Below, piece by piece: positions 51,111-63,596 of a stretch of DNA of 64,000 nucleotides. The stretch comes from Felis catus (taxonomy: Eukaryota). The notes beneath the pieces were generated by a model that did no database searches, was not told the origin of the DNA, and saw nothing but the letters and a program-made list of their open reading frames with translations. The stretch covers positions 21,082,001-21,146,000 of the forward strand of contig NC_058383.1 in NCBI RefSeq assembly GCF_018350175.1, read 5' to 3'. The stretch's first letter is position 1; every line of letters starts with the position of its first letter. Position numbers and translations under genes: made by a program.

Positions 51111-52048
51111 TTGTATCTATCGGCCTTTCTAGTTGGCTAAATTAGTTTGTTTCATAACAAAAAAACAAAACTACAGTATCGTGTGGTCTGATCCTAAATA
51201 CAACTATGTGTTTACAATCAGACCAGCTTGTGCAAAAAAGGGGAGTTTTCCGCGAGGATACTAAGGAATCCCACAGCCTCTCAGAACAGAATAGCAACTA
51301 GAGCCACCAACACGGATTGCCCCAACTCTCTCTCTCGGTTTTTCTACTCCCCTTCTTTATACAGGTGCCATTCTTAAGCCTCAGTCCCCCCCCCACCTTT
51401 TCTGTTCTCTAGTCCATAGAGCAGCAAAATGGTCACCAATGTCATATCTTAGAGTTGCAATTTTTTAGACCAACCGAGCAGCTTAACTAAACTGGAATAT
51501 TTTGGTCTCAACGTCAAGTCCTCGAGAATCCACTCTGGCTGACTGAGTACAGGGAACCGTCCAATCCTGATCCACTGGACTGTTGATCAGGTAACAGTGC
51601 CATATTGTATCAAATTGTTCTCCCTGTGCCAACCAAGGGTGGGGTGAAGTCGTTCTGTTTTTCTAAGATGAGAAACTCCAGGGTGGAAGGAAGCACTAAT
51701 CAAACAAGACAATTGGCATCCAGTACATTCTACCCATTTGCTCCCTAGAAAACACAGATGGTCACTTCCTCCCATACATTTCAAAACTACAACATTTAAG
51801 CAACAAACCCAAGCAGGAAACATAGTAGCAACATGGTAGGTGACAGCAAGATCCAGTTCTCTGGGTGACGTGTATCTTTTTCTCCAGGACCATATCCAAC
51901 AGATTCTTCCTATCGGATATTATAGATATTTTTAAATGGATACAAAACACTGGAGGAAAACATCATCAAGTGCAATAAAAGTTGTCACTCGAAAATGACC
52001 ATAGGAGAAACTATGTCTTGGCCACTGGTCCAGAGCACATCCTCTATT

Positions 52049-52243
52049 TAGGGTTTCTCAGCCTTGACATCACTGATATTTGGGGCCAGATAATTTTTCG
52101 ACATAGTCTCTACCCATTACATCTAGCCTCTATCCGTTAGATGCCATAGCACTTCCCCTCAGTTGCAAAGATCAAAAGTGGCTCCAGACATTGCCACATA
52201 TCCCTTCGGGCACAAAAATCTCCACCTATTGGGAACCACTGGT
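52049..52243. mobile_element. MER20 hAT-Charlie relic
   Basis: GGTTTCTCAGCCTTGAC...GGGCCAGATAATT...CTCCAGACATTGCCA...TTGGGAACCACTG. Confidence 0.85.
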
Positions 52244-55200
52244 CTATTAGGACAGAAAAGGATAGTTTATAACAAAGGGGTAAAGCCAGTAAATCTCCTG
52301 GTAGGAAAATAAATTTCTTGTTCTGAAATTTTGTTACTCTAAAGTCTTCCTGGAGAAAACACCTTCCTTGCCTAGTGATCTGAAGATACCACCCCTGGGG
52401 AAACCCAGGACAATTTCCCTAAGGGGGGAACTATAATAACTAGGCAGCGTGCTGGCTACTGGTGTAGGTATTTGGGACCAGGGATTACTTTGAAGGATAT
52501 GCAAGCCCAGGCCATTATTTTCTGGCCTGAAATTTTTCTGCAGAAACAACCCCTTATAAGAATCAGTAAGTTACCTATCAATCTCTTGTTAAGAGCTCCT
52601 TTTCCTGAAAGCCCATGACAGCGATCTCATCAGGCATGCCTTTTGAACCCCCATCCAGGGTTTTTGCTTCAACACTGTTGGCCATTCTTTCCTAACCTCA
52701 TGGCAAGACAGGGTTATCCTATGATGTTACCCCCAACTCAAGTTTTAATGTGCTTCACCAGGAGATACACGATCTCCTTCATCCAGCACAAGCTGTTTTG
52801 TAATAAATGGTTTTGGAGGTAAAATGAAAACTGTCCGTCTCTTCTGGATTTCTCCCAAATATCCCCCAATTTAGTACCAATAGTAGAGTTTTATAATCCT
52901 CACTTGGTATTTATATGAAGAATCTATTACCTGCCATTTAGCAAGACATACTTGATCTTAATTTGCGGCAGAAGCCCGGCTCCATAGACAGAGAAGATAT
53001 CCCTGAAAGCTGCTCGCTACTGAGCCCAACTCACGATGGACAGATATCGAATATTTCAAACAGAATGCAAAATAACAGTTCGTCTGGTAATCATGGTTGG
53101 TAGAATTGCCTCCAAAACTGAGAACAACTCCCCCCCCCCCAAAAAAAAATCAAATAGAGAAAATTAGTTAGACACATTTTTGAATTCACTTCAGAGAGAA
53201 AGTGCTTGGGAAGAGAAATTTGACCATCAAAACGTGAACCTTAGTTTCCTGTAGGTGATGGATTGAGGAGTGATCTGCCTCAGTCAACTTCGCACTATTC
53301 TGGATTGCCTTCATTCTTCAACAGTGATGTGTCTATTTTAAAAAGCGGAAAAATAGCTTCATTATGTTAAAAATGATAAAAAGAAATGTCCAGAGGATAA
53401 GGATTTGGCTAAAAGACCCAAAAAGAAGTAGTCACAGTTGGGAGAAAAAAAGAAAAAACAAAACAAAACAGGGAAGAGTCCATTAAGAAAGCTAAGAGAA
53501 GATTTTCAATGAGAAAGGAGTAGTCGGGCTCAAATGTTGTAAGGAGTCCACGAAGGAACGGAGAAATAATGTCCCACTGCATTTAGCGGTTAGGGGTTCT
53601 CTGATGGCCTTGGAAAGTGTTCATTCAGTGAGTAGGGAGGAGGTCTAAATATAGCAGCCGAGGAGTTACCCAGAAGAGAGGCGGGAGAGAGGGACTTGGG
53701 GTGCAGATGGCTGTTGAGTGGTACGTAAGTTAGTACTGCCTCTTGGTGAAGAGTATGACATGATCGTAGACCCTGGGTAGTCTTTGGCCAATGGGAATGA
53801 GCACTTGGACTTTGGGTCTGACACTCCGACCTCATGTTATAGAAAAGACATACGTTTGGGGAATTAAGATGATATTTATGAAGGAGAGTAAACTTCAGCT
53901 TACCTGCAGTTGAAGAGTTCAGGAGTAATTTTATCCTTCACTAAGTAAAATATTTCAGACACCACAGAGTCCCAAGGAAGCCAATGGCTGCCCTGTCCAC
54001 TGGTTCCAGACTCACACAGGACAAATCCTTTTGGATGTCCACAATTATTTCAACATTAATGTATCAACATGAGCACATCATCTTGATCACGTACTCACCC
54101 TCTCGTGCCCTGATCTTGGATAAAAAGCATCACCCTCCAGCTAATTTCCGAAATTAGAAACATCATGGTCATTCTCAATCTCTCCCGCCAAATCTTCTCG
54201 ATTCCAACTCCTACGTGGTTCTCAAATGAGTCTTCTTATTTTCTACCTCCCGCCACTTCTAGATATTAGTTCTGGGTCTCATCATTTCTCACGTGGACAA
54301 AAAAAAGGTTCCACAACTGGTCATTCTGCCTCCAGCGTCAACTCTGTCATTCTCTTCTCCATATGTCTATCCAAGGTCATTCTTACCAAAACCAAAGATC
54401 TCATAAAATCCTTTAATTGCTATTGATCACCCACAACAAGATGAAGTAACACTTTAAAGGTAAAGGATAAGGGTCTTTTACCAATTGGGCCGATTCTAGC
54501 TGCTTTACAAACATTTATCACTCCCCTTTCTAACAGTACCTTACATTCTAACTACATGTGGTCACCTTAGTAAAGTTCCAGCTGGGTCCTAGCATACAAG
54601 ATTCCATTTCTCGGAATACTTTCTCTTTCTAGCTGGAAAACTCCTACTGATCATTAAATGGGGAGTAAGAATGCCATTTATTTTGTGAAGCTTTGGGCTC
54701 CTCGGGGGAAAACACCGTGTCTTTTTTATTTCTGCATCACTCCTGCCTGACATGGTACCTGGAAACCAGTAGGAGATAAAAAATGGACCGTCTATCCTCT
54801 ACTCAGCCCTTGAAGCAGAGTCGGCACCACCAGGGAATAAGCTCCAGCCAGCTCCTAAAAAAAGTCGTGAAGAGTAGATAATGTTTCTCTTAACTCCTAG
54901 CCCCTCCCCTTTAAGACCATTTGATTATGAAGTTAGTCACTATGTTGATGTAGATGCTTTCCAGGCACTACACCAGGGGCTGGGAACCCAGTGGTAAACA
55001 ATATACATATCTTGCTCTAGAGATGCTTAGAATCTGGTGGGATTCTCATCTATACTTGATTTCATCTCCTTGCCTCTGAACTTGCTAAATGTAGCAACCT
55101 ACTAACACCTGCCCCACCTTACAATTTGGACATTGGCACTACTGAATGGCTTTAGGTTTTCCACCACCTTTGGCTGTGGTGCATTCTAGAATCTCGAGGG

Positions 55201-55265
55201 AGAGCTTTCCATTTTAGCCCTGGGACCCTGGAAACACAAATGCTACTCTGATCCTAGCCTGGTGT

Positions 55266-55889
55266 TGAAAGGAACAATCCAAATGACAGCCCTGCCTTAG
55301 TTTAAAGCTAGGTTCTCTTTTCTGCTTATTATGGATCTTTGATAAGAAATACAATTGCTGAGAAGTCTGTTTTGCTTGCTGTTTGCTACGAGCATTGTGA
55401 GGCCTTTCCTGAATGTAACCCGCTGTGTAGTAGAATGGGTTGTAAACCTTCCTAAATGTAGTCTGATATGTAATGGAATGAGTGATTGTACATAAACTAA
55501 CCGGCATTTCTCGCTTCTGTAAACCTGCTTGCTTAGCACATTCCTCACCTACCCTACCCCCTTCCCCCTTCCCCCTTTTTCCTCCCGCCACAAGTAACGG
55601 ACAAAGCCTTCCCGCCAAAGGACAGACAAAGGACGCCCAATCAGAGAACAACAAATGTCCTTACTTTAAAATCAACTAATCAGGCCCCTCATAATTTGAA
55701 ACCTCCCCTGTGCTATTTGTCTCTGTCTATAAAAACGTTGTACCAACCCTGATCGTGGCCTCTTGCGTCACCGGCGACGAGTGCGCAGAGGACCAGGTTC
55801 GAACCTGCAATAAACGACCCTTGCCGCTTGGCTTTGACTTACGACTCTGGTGGACTTTTGTGGGAGGTTTCGGAACTTCGGGCATTACA
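55266..55889 (+). mobile_element. Young solo gammaretrovirus-like (ERV1) LTR, 624 bp
   Basis: TGAAAG...ATTACA termini, perfect 4-bp TSD GTGT (55262-55265, 55890-55893), CCAAT 55637, TATAAAA 55728, AATAAA 55809, CpG-rich R/U5. Confidence 0.85.
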
Positions 55890-55890
55890 G

Positions 55891-56427
55891 TGTCAAGGAG
55901 CCGGAAAAGGATTTCCCTCTACCCTTCTTCCATTCTCCGGCTGGTGCCCGGTAAATTAGGCCGGCAAAAGGCAGATCAACAAGAGAAAAACAACGGAAGC
56001 TTACGAACACGCGCGTTGTGCGTGCCTGTGGGAGCACCCGGAGGTGAGTGAGCCAAAGGGGTGGTCAGAACTTGGACTCACCTACTTCCTTACCCTAAAG
56101 AAAGGGAAAAAGGAGTTTAGGGTTTCTGAGAGAGGGAGGAAAGATCTGGCAAGGGGACCCAGAAAACTCTGGTCCACAAGGGTTTTTGTTTGTAGTAAAC
56201 TTTGTTAAGCGGATTAAGTAGGTGGCTTCTCTATTGGTAAAAGCTGTTAAGAATCCTCTTTACAAATGTAAATTTTCCTTATAAATGCAAATTTCCTTGG
56301 GACAGGAAAGCTCGTGCCCTGCGTTTAGAGCCTTCCCGGCATCTGCGGGTTCTCAATGGCCTTTCGCTCAAAATAGTCCATATGCCAAAGAGGCGTGTTC
56401 CGAGGTGGCACGTTGTGGTAACCTTCA
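55891..56427 (-). mobile_element. Older ERV1 solo LTR (MER4/MER34-like), antisense
   Basis: TGTCAAGG...AACCTTCA ends; AAAAGGCAGATCAACAAGAGAAAA and GCTCAAAATAGTCCATATGCCAAAGAGGC motifs. Confidence 0.7.
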
Positions 56428-57253
56428 CGGGGGCCCCTGTTTTACCAAACCTGATCCTTCTGAAAAGGTGGTGAGAAAAAAAGGATGCCTTAAAGGTTTT
56501 TCCGTCCTTCACCCCTCCTACGACTTCCTTTGTTACTCCCGACTGCCTTAACATTTTTCTCCGGTTGTGTCAGGGACTCTAAGGACGCAAGACTGAGGGT
56601 CTTGTGCCCAGACAGTAAAATTGCAAGCTGTCCTTTTCAGCTTTGCAAGCGAAAGAGAGACAGCAGCCTGAGAAGGGGGGGATAAGCAGCCGGAGAGAGC
56701 TGTCAGTTTCACGAAGGTCACGGAGGGCGCTGCGGCTGCCAAGTTCTCAGGATTGTTCCCAAACTCCCACAGAGCCACTGCGCTCTGGCTACAGCCTCTA
56801 TGCCACAGACCAGGATCTCCGGCTCATTCTGTGGAACAGAGCCAGGTTCCTCTGGGTTCTCAGATGCTCCCTGGGTGTTCACCGGGCACCTCCGGAAGCC
56901 ACAGTCTTGCTTGCAGCATCCTCATTCACGTGTTCTGATCAGAACTAAAAGCTGGAGATAGATGAGGACATTCGGAGTGAGTGATCCCGTCTAGGTAAGG
57001 CCGGCCGATGCCATCTTTAAGATCTGCGACATGGCCACGCTGGCAGGACCCAGGGAGCACACCCCGCGCAGCCCCCCACTGTGTCTAGCGGACCTCGAGA
57101 AGCATTGCCACAAAACTAACGATAAAATTAATAATGCTTCCCCCGGAACCCCTCCCCCTGGAGTCACCGAAGCATCCTATATATTTTGCACAGGAGAATT
57201 ATTGAATAGTTTTCATAAGCATATTATTATGGAATAATAATGATAATAATAAA

Positions 57254-57945
57254 TGATGAGGGAGCAGGAGGCAGGCTGAGGGCAAAATACAGGCTGGCAC
57301 ACCCTACGCCCCCAGGGGAGCATGTGCGATGTTCCTCGGAACAAAGGAAAAGGGCTCAAGTGCTTGCCATGGTGATGTGGGAACTAAGGCAAATGGAAAA
57401 CGAAATTCCCTTACTGCCTGTAGCCCATTGACAGGTCCTTGAAACCGGCAGAGTGACCTCTCTCAAGGAGCTCAGCTGCCTGCTGATGACCCTTTGCTGA
57501 GGGCAAAGCAGAAGCTTAGCTTAATACTATCCCGACCTCGAGGACCCTGTAAGTCTACTTCCTCTATTTCAACTGCCCCAAGATACATGCTGGTAATCAT
57601 GCTTTAAGCTTATGGCCCCCCATATGCATCTGAGGGGGTCTCATGACTGAGGTTTTATTAAACAGTAATAAATGGTGTTTCCCTGGCAACAGCTAGCCCC
57701 TCAAGGCCCTGGAAACCTTGCTTCCAAAATTCCTTAGAGACTTACTCTATCCCTGACCCACTCCCAACCAGGGGGTATAACATCAGTTAACGGTCAGGAC
57801 CCCAGCGCGGCTCTTCCTGCCCATGGGTCCTGTCCCCGTGCTTTAATAAAATCACCTTTTTGCACCAAAGACGTCTTCAAGAATTCTTTCTTGGCCATTG
57901 GCTCCGGACCCCACGAACCCCCCGTCTCACCCCAAAACTTCATTA
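57254..57945 (+). mobile_element. Solo carnivore ERV LTR inserted in a MIR
   Basis: TGATGAG...CTTCATTA termini, TSD ATAAA (57249-57253, 57946-57950), TATAA ~57776, AATAAA ~57845. Confidence 0.88.
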
Positions 57946-58344
57946 ATAAACATTTATTATTATTATATGCCTGTCACTAGTATAAGAATTATAAGAATTT
58001 CCTATGTATTAACTCATTTCACTCTCCAAACTATTATCTTATTATTATTATTATTATTGACTTGATTTTATTATTTACTATTTTTCCCACTGTAGAAAAG
58101 AAAGGAAACTGAGGCAGGAAGCATCAGACATAAGGCAGCCTGAAGCTTCTGATCTCCTCCCCTGCATTAGTCAACTTCGGCCACACCCAAGATCCAATGG
58201 TTCCTGAAGTGTTCTTTTTATCCTTTGTATCCCCAACTTTCTCTACAGAGACTCCATGTATGGGTTCCTTTATTCCTCCATTCTCCTCAGTAACCAGAGG
58301 GCCTTTCGACCTAAAGAGAATATTCAGCTCTAGAAAGTTCTCGT

Positions 58345-58576
58345 TTGTTTTGTTTTGTTTTAATTTTTTTTAAATGTATTTATTTTTTGAGAGAGAGAGA
58401 GGCAGCGTGTGAGCAGGGGAGGGGCAGAGAGAGAGAGGGAGACACAGAATCCAAAGCAGGCTCCAGGCTCTGCCCTCTCAGCACAGAGGCCGATGCGGGG
58501 CTCGAACTCACAAACTGTGAGATCACGACCTGAGCCAAAGTCGGACACTCAACCGACTGAGCCACCCAAGCGCCCC
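58345..58576 (-). mobile_element. Can-SINE
   Basis: TSD CTAGAAAGT. Confidence 0.94.
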
Positions 58577-60214
58577 TAGAAAGTCTTCTTATGCTATCTA
58601 TCACATTATTCCCATGTCCCCATTCTACCTGTGGTCCTTGTAAAGCACGTATTAAATCTATTTGTTAGAGCCCAGCTCACCCCAAATCTTAACTAGAGTC
58701 TGGAGAAAACACTCTAGTCCTTGACCCTGAGAACACCAGAATCTCCTTTAGAAATTTTTGGAGATGGTGGTATTTGGAATCACAAAGATTCTGATTCAAG
58801 AGGTTTTGAGGAGAGCCCAGGCATCTATATATATATTTTTAAATCTATACGTAATTGCTTATATACCTTAGAAAGTGAGAAACCTGTCTTCATGATAATA
58901 AGCAGTATGATTTTTCTGTTTCGTCTGCATGTTTCTGCCTGTGACGGTTATGGATAACTGATGACGAATTTGGAAATTCTGAATTCTTATCCCCAATCTC
59001 ACCAATGAAATAGGAAATAGTACCAACAAAATATCACCAATAAAAATGAAAGAGAGATATGGCATCATGCACGTAAGAGCTCAAGAGAGCTCGGTGGGTA
59101 CTCCCGAGGTCCTTACCATTTTATTGGCTGTAGGATTGGAGTTTTCCTTAAATTGCCTCTACTTAGCCACAGTCCACTCCCCCGTATGGTGTGAGCTGTT
59201 TCCTCCGGTTCTGTTTCTCTGTGAATCTGATCATCTCTGTTTCCCGTGTATCAGGAATGCGCTGATTTCCGTGACAGTGCATGGCTGTCTTTCTTCTTTC
59301 TCATGCTGTTGGGAATTTATTCTTTTTCATAGCCTTCCATCTGTTCGAGAAGTATCGGGGGAGACAGGGGGCATGCAGATGTGCTGGCTCCGTCCACCCT
59401 CGGAGCCCATGCCTCCCTCCACGCACTCCAGATTTGACTTCGTGAGGCACTGTTTTACCTCCCACCAAAAAGGGCCTTATTGATTCAACTCAAGGATGAG
59501 GAGAAATACATCTTTCCTCGATATGGAAAGGCTTTGAGGCCAGAGGGAATGACCTGTTCCTTAGGTCAGGTCCACCAGCTGGGCTTGGGAAGGCGTTTTC
59601 TCTCCCCCTTCCTCCCCATCTTTCTTCCTCCACATCCATATGACTGCCCTCACTCTCTGACATATGGCATATACTCACACTGCTTGTCCTAAAAGAAGGT
59701 TCCAGCTGGATTGGGGCTGGAAAGACCCCTGAATCCTGCTGATTAGATTCCAGTAGAGAGCCAATTTCAAGATTCACCCTGGCTTACAAGCTGGATACTA
59801 AAAACTCTCTTAGCATGACATTTTGATGCTGAGTGAAAGATGTCTGTTTTCAGTGGAACAAGGCAAATGTTGAGAGAAAAGCCAGAAAGGACTGTAAAAG
59901 CCATAGCTTCCAGGTCCCAGAACCAAAATATATGAGAGAGAGAAGGCACTACAGTCTATGAAGAGACACTTAAATTCTCGCAGGGGTCAAGTTTATTCTA
60001 TAAATCAAGAAAAATAATACAGATAACCTAAGGATCGTAAAGAGCCCACATGAGTTTTTTAGTTTCGACTCCCACATCTGATTCCCTGTGTGCATGGAGA
60101 CCTTGGCACTTGACCAACCTGGAGCCTACAGAGGTATTGAAAAAGTGAGGATCACCTCTTGTCAGCAGCTTTATTATGTGGAACCAGAAAGAAGTACCAA
60201 CTTCAGGCCCGGAA

Positions 60215-60362
60215 CACAAGGTCTCAACCTTGGCTGCACATCCGAATCATTCCCATGCCCAGGCTTCCCCCAGATCAGTTACATTAAAATCCCTGTGGAT
60301 GAAATCCAGTCATGACCCCTTTGAAAGGTCCTTGGATGATGTCAGTGTGTAGCTGGAGTTGC
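60215..60362. mobile_element. MER5A-like relic
   Basis: TCTCAACCTTGGCTGCACAT...CCCCAGATCAGTTACATTAAAATC. Confidence 0.6.
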
Positions 60363-60884
60363 ATGGGCAAGCCGAAGGAGGTGAATAGTGAGAAAACTTC
60401 AACAGTTAAAGGAAGGTCTGAGAAAAGGGACAGCAAGAGAGGGCTAGGTGTGCAGGTGGAGATCACCTGTTCTGCTTAATGGGGCAGGAGGAAATGAACA
60501 TTAGTGTTCTATGAGCTTCTACTAAGACCCCCATATTATTGTCCAGGTCTTACCTCATTGAAGAGACACGGAGAGGTCCATTTGTAATTCATTCATTCCT
60601 TCTTCAAGCAACCATTTACTGATACCTACGATGTGCTCAGCACTGTCATGGACGGTGGCACCACAGTGATTAATGAGACCTAATCTTGTCTTCCAGAAGT
60701 CAACAATGTGGCAGGGAAACATATAAACAATTATGCCCATCAGCTAAGTCTTCTAATAGAGAAAATTAAAATTAGCAAGTGGAGCAGTGGGGAGGGAATG
60801 ATATAATTAAATCTGACTTATAGTTGAGGAAAACTAGAAACGATTCCAAAGGAAAGGAGATAATTGAGCCGATACTCTATGTAT

Positions 60885-61120
60885 TTATTATTTATTTTTT
60901 ATTATTAAAATTTTTTGAATGTTTATTTATTTTTGAGAGAAGAGAGGGAGACAGAGCATGAGTGGGGGAGGAGCAGAGAGAGAAGGAGACACAGAATCCG
61001 AAACAGGTTCCAGGCTCTGAGCTGTCAGCACAGAGCCCGATGTGGGGCTCGAACACACGAACTGTGATATGACCTGAGGTGAAGTCTGACGCTCAACTGA
61101 CTGAGCCACCCAGGCGCCCC
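60885..61120 (-). mobile_element. Can-SINE
   Basis: Complete antisense copy; flanks GATACTCTAT / GATACTTTAT. Confidence 0.93.
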
Positions 61121-61400
61121 GATCTGATACTTTATATATGAGTAGCAGTTTTCTTGACTGCCATGGAAAGTGGACCATTCCGGGCAGGGGGACCAGAAAA
61201 AACAAACAAACGGAAAAAAAAAGGAGCCGTACATTTGAAGAGTTTATTTTGCAACTGTGTCAGAATGGTCATGACATAGGATTTGCGGCAAAAGGTAGCA
61301 AGAGATAATAAGATTTAAGAGGAAAGATGGCACTCAATTTTGGAATTTCTTGCATTGAGGAGCTTACGGCCAATGACAAATCGGTTACTGAAAAGTTTTT

Positions 61401-61609
61401 TTTTTTCAACGTTTATTTATTTTTGGGACAGAGAGAGACAGAGCATGAACGGGGGAGGGGCAGAGAGAGAGGGAGACACAGAATCGGAAACAGGCTCCAG
61501 GCTCCGAGCCGTCAGCCCAGAGCCTGACGCGGGGCTCGAACTCACGGGCCGCGAGATCGTGACCTGGCTGAAGTCGGACGCTTAACCGACTGCGCCACCC
61601 AGGCGCCCC
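61401..61609 (-). mobile_element. Very young felid SINEC_Fc-type element
   Basis: 17-bp TSD GTTACTGAAAAGTTTTT (from 61384 and 61611); CpGs largely intact. Confidence 0.97.
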
Positions 61610-62366
61610 AGTTACTGAAAAGTTTTTAAAAGGAGGGCGACATGAACAGCTGATGCATGTTGAGAAATCTCATTCTATTATAGGATGGAGTTGTGTGGGG
61701 TGATGGGTACACGAAGACATAACAATTATACCCATGGATGGACACACGAAGACATCAGACATACCAATTAGTTTGGGGGTTATTATTATTATTATTATTA
61801 TTTACAATAATCCAGCTACAATTTGTGCTAAAGCAGTGGCCAGGTGGACAGAATAAAGAGGGACTGACACAGAAGAGATTACAGAGAAGTTGCAATTTGG
61901 GTGTGAATTAGCTTGGGTGTGAAGGAAGGAAGAAAATCGGGTCTGTAGGTGTCTAGTCTGAGTGAATGGGTGACACTATTGACCGAAATGTGGAATAAAG
62001 GAGAAGGAACAAGGCAGGAGATGAGAGGACGGGTTCAGGGTTCAACTGCCCTTTCAACAGCCAACCATTGAAAGAAGACCCCGAGCAAACTTGTTCTCTA
62101 TAAAGTATCTAGAAGAGTAGGTCTCCGAGTTGCCGGGATGGACATACCACAGAGCTCCTTGAGAAAGGATCTAGTTACTTTTCATGACAACAATTTAAAA
62201 CTATGGATGGTGATTTTCACATAATCAAGGCCTCTGTATCTAGACCAGTTTAGGATCGGTCATTAGGGTTTGTCAAAACCGAGGATAATAAACTCCACGG
62301 GTTTCGGGGGCAAGGCAGATAGTGCCGGTCAGATGAGCACTGGGGTAAATCAGAAATGTAAAGTCC

Positions 62367-62493
62367 CGGCCGCCTGGGTGGTGCAGTCGGTTGAGTGGCC
62401 AACTCTTGACTTCGGCTCAGGTCATGGTCTCGCAATTCGTGGGTTCAAACTCCGCGTCAGGCTCCATGCTGACAGCGTGGAACCTGCTTGGGA

Positions 62494-62531
<38 letters not shown>

Positions 62532-62845
62532 GCCCCTCCCCTGCTTATGTTCATGCACGCTCTCTCTCTCTCAAAAATAAGCTTTTTATTTTTCTTTAAA
62601 GAAAGAAATGTTGGGGCGCCTGGGTGGTGCAGTCGGTTAAGCGTCTGACTTCAGCCAGGTTACGATCTCACGGTCCGTGAGTTCGAACCCCGCGTCAGGC
62701 TCTGGGCTGATGGCTCAGAGCCTGGAGCCTGTTTCCTATTCTATGTCTCCCTCTCTCTCTCTGCCCCTCACCTGTTCATGCTCTGTCTCTCTCTGTCCCA
62801 AAAATAAATAAACGTTGAAAAAAAAAATTAAAAAAAAAAAAAAAG
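62367..62845 (+). mobile_element. Older Can-SINE (62367-62597) followed by a young SINEC_Fc-type copy (62613-62845)
   Basis: Young copy TSD AAAGAAAGAAATGTT at 62598-62612 and 62846-62860. Confidence 0.94.
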
Positions 62846-63596
62846 AAAGAAAGAAATGTTAACTCCTATCAAAAGGAGAAAGCTCTCACTCGTGCTCCAA
62901 ATGGCTGTTTTTTGCTTTACTAGAAGATCTGTGTTGTCAGATCTTGGAATGTTACAAAAGAAATTGTATTTTTATGGAAATGTATGTGTATGAAATCGCC
63001 TCCATCCTTCCACGTTGTCAAGTAACTTCTTTTTAAAGCATACTATACTAGCTGATGAAATTCATCCAAGGCCCCTGGGCTTTAAATCTTCTCTAAAGCT
63101 AAAAGTTTATATAATTGGCTTGTGCTATCACTTTGGGATAACTTTGTGAGAAAGAGGTCTCAAACTTTCTTATACAACTAGCTCCCTTCATTGGCCTTAA
63201 AGCCAATTCTTCCAAGGCTGAGGGTCCTTCTCCATACTGTTGCAGGAATTTAGAAACAAGGTCCTATTCAATGTATCCGTGTTGTTCGTCATTTTACTGA
63301 AGTCAGCGGGGCCCTTTCAGGCTTCTCGTTTCTGAACAAATATTACAGGTTGGTCTATACACATAGGACAGTAAGTCTAGAGATACAGAAAGTTTTTACC
63401 TAGAACTGCGATTATATGGGGCCGTCTACAATGAGTATATAATCTCCTCACATTAGAAGAAACCAGAACCAGATAGACAACGTGCACTGCTCAACGATCA
63501 CACGATGAGTTTCTCCCGGAGCGTGACCCTCCCTCCTCTGTCTCCCACGTGCCTGGGCTGAAAGCTCATTGTGTCTTTGGTTCATCTCTCCGTGGC

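Noticed and set aside
55890..57253. Possible provirus between the LTRs at 55266 and 57254
   Set aside because: The LTRs are different families, each has its own TSD, and no primer-binding site or gag/pol/env sequence lies between them
11..62648. Recurrent ORFs such as MAQSVKRPTSAQVMISRFVSSSP and GSGHDLTVREFEPRVGL
   Set aside because: They are translations of Can-SINE copies, not genes
13..62845. tRNA-like box A/B motifs and regularly recurring sequence
   Set aside because: These are tRNA-derived SINE heads with no cloverleaf. The repeats are dispersed with TSDs and do not form a CRISPR-like array
63090..63335. Protein-like minus-strand frame DLVSKFLQQYGEGPSALEELALRPMKG
   Set aside because: Bounded by stops, under 60 codons, and not recognised, so it cannot be supported as a CDS or pseudogene
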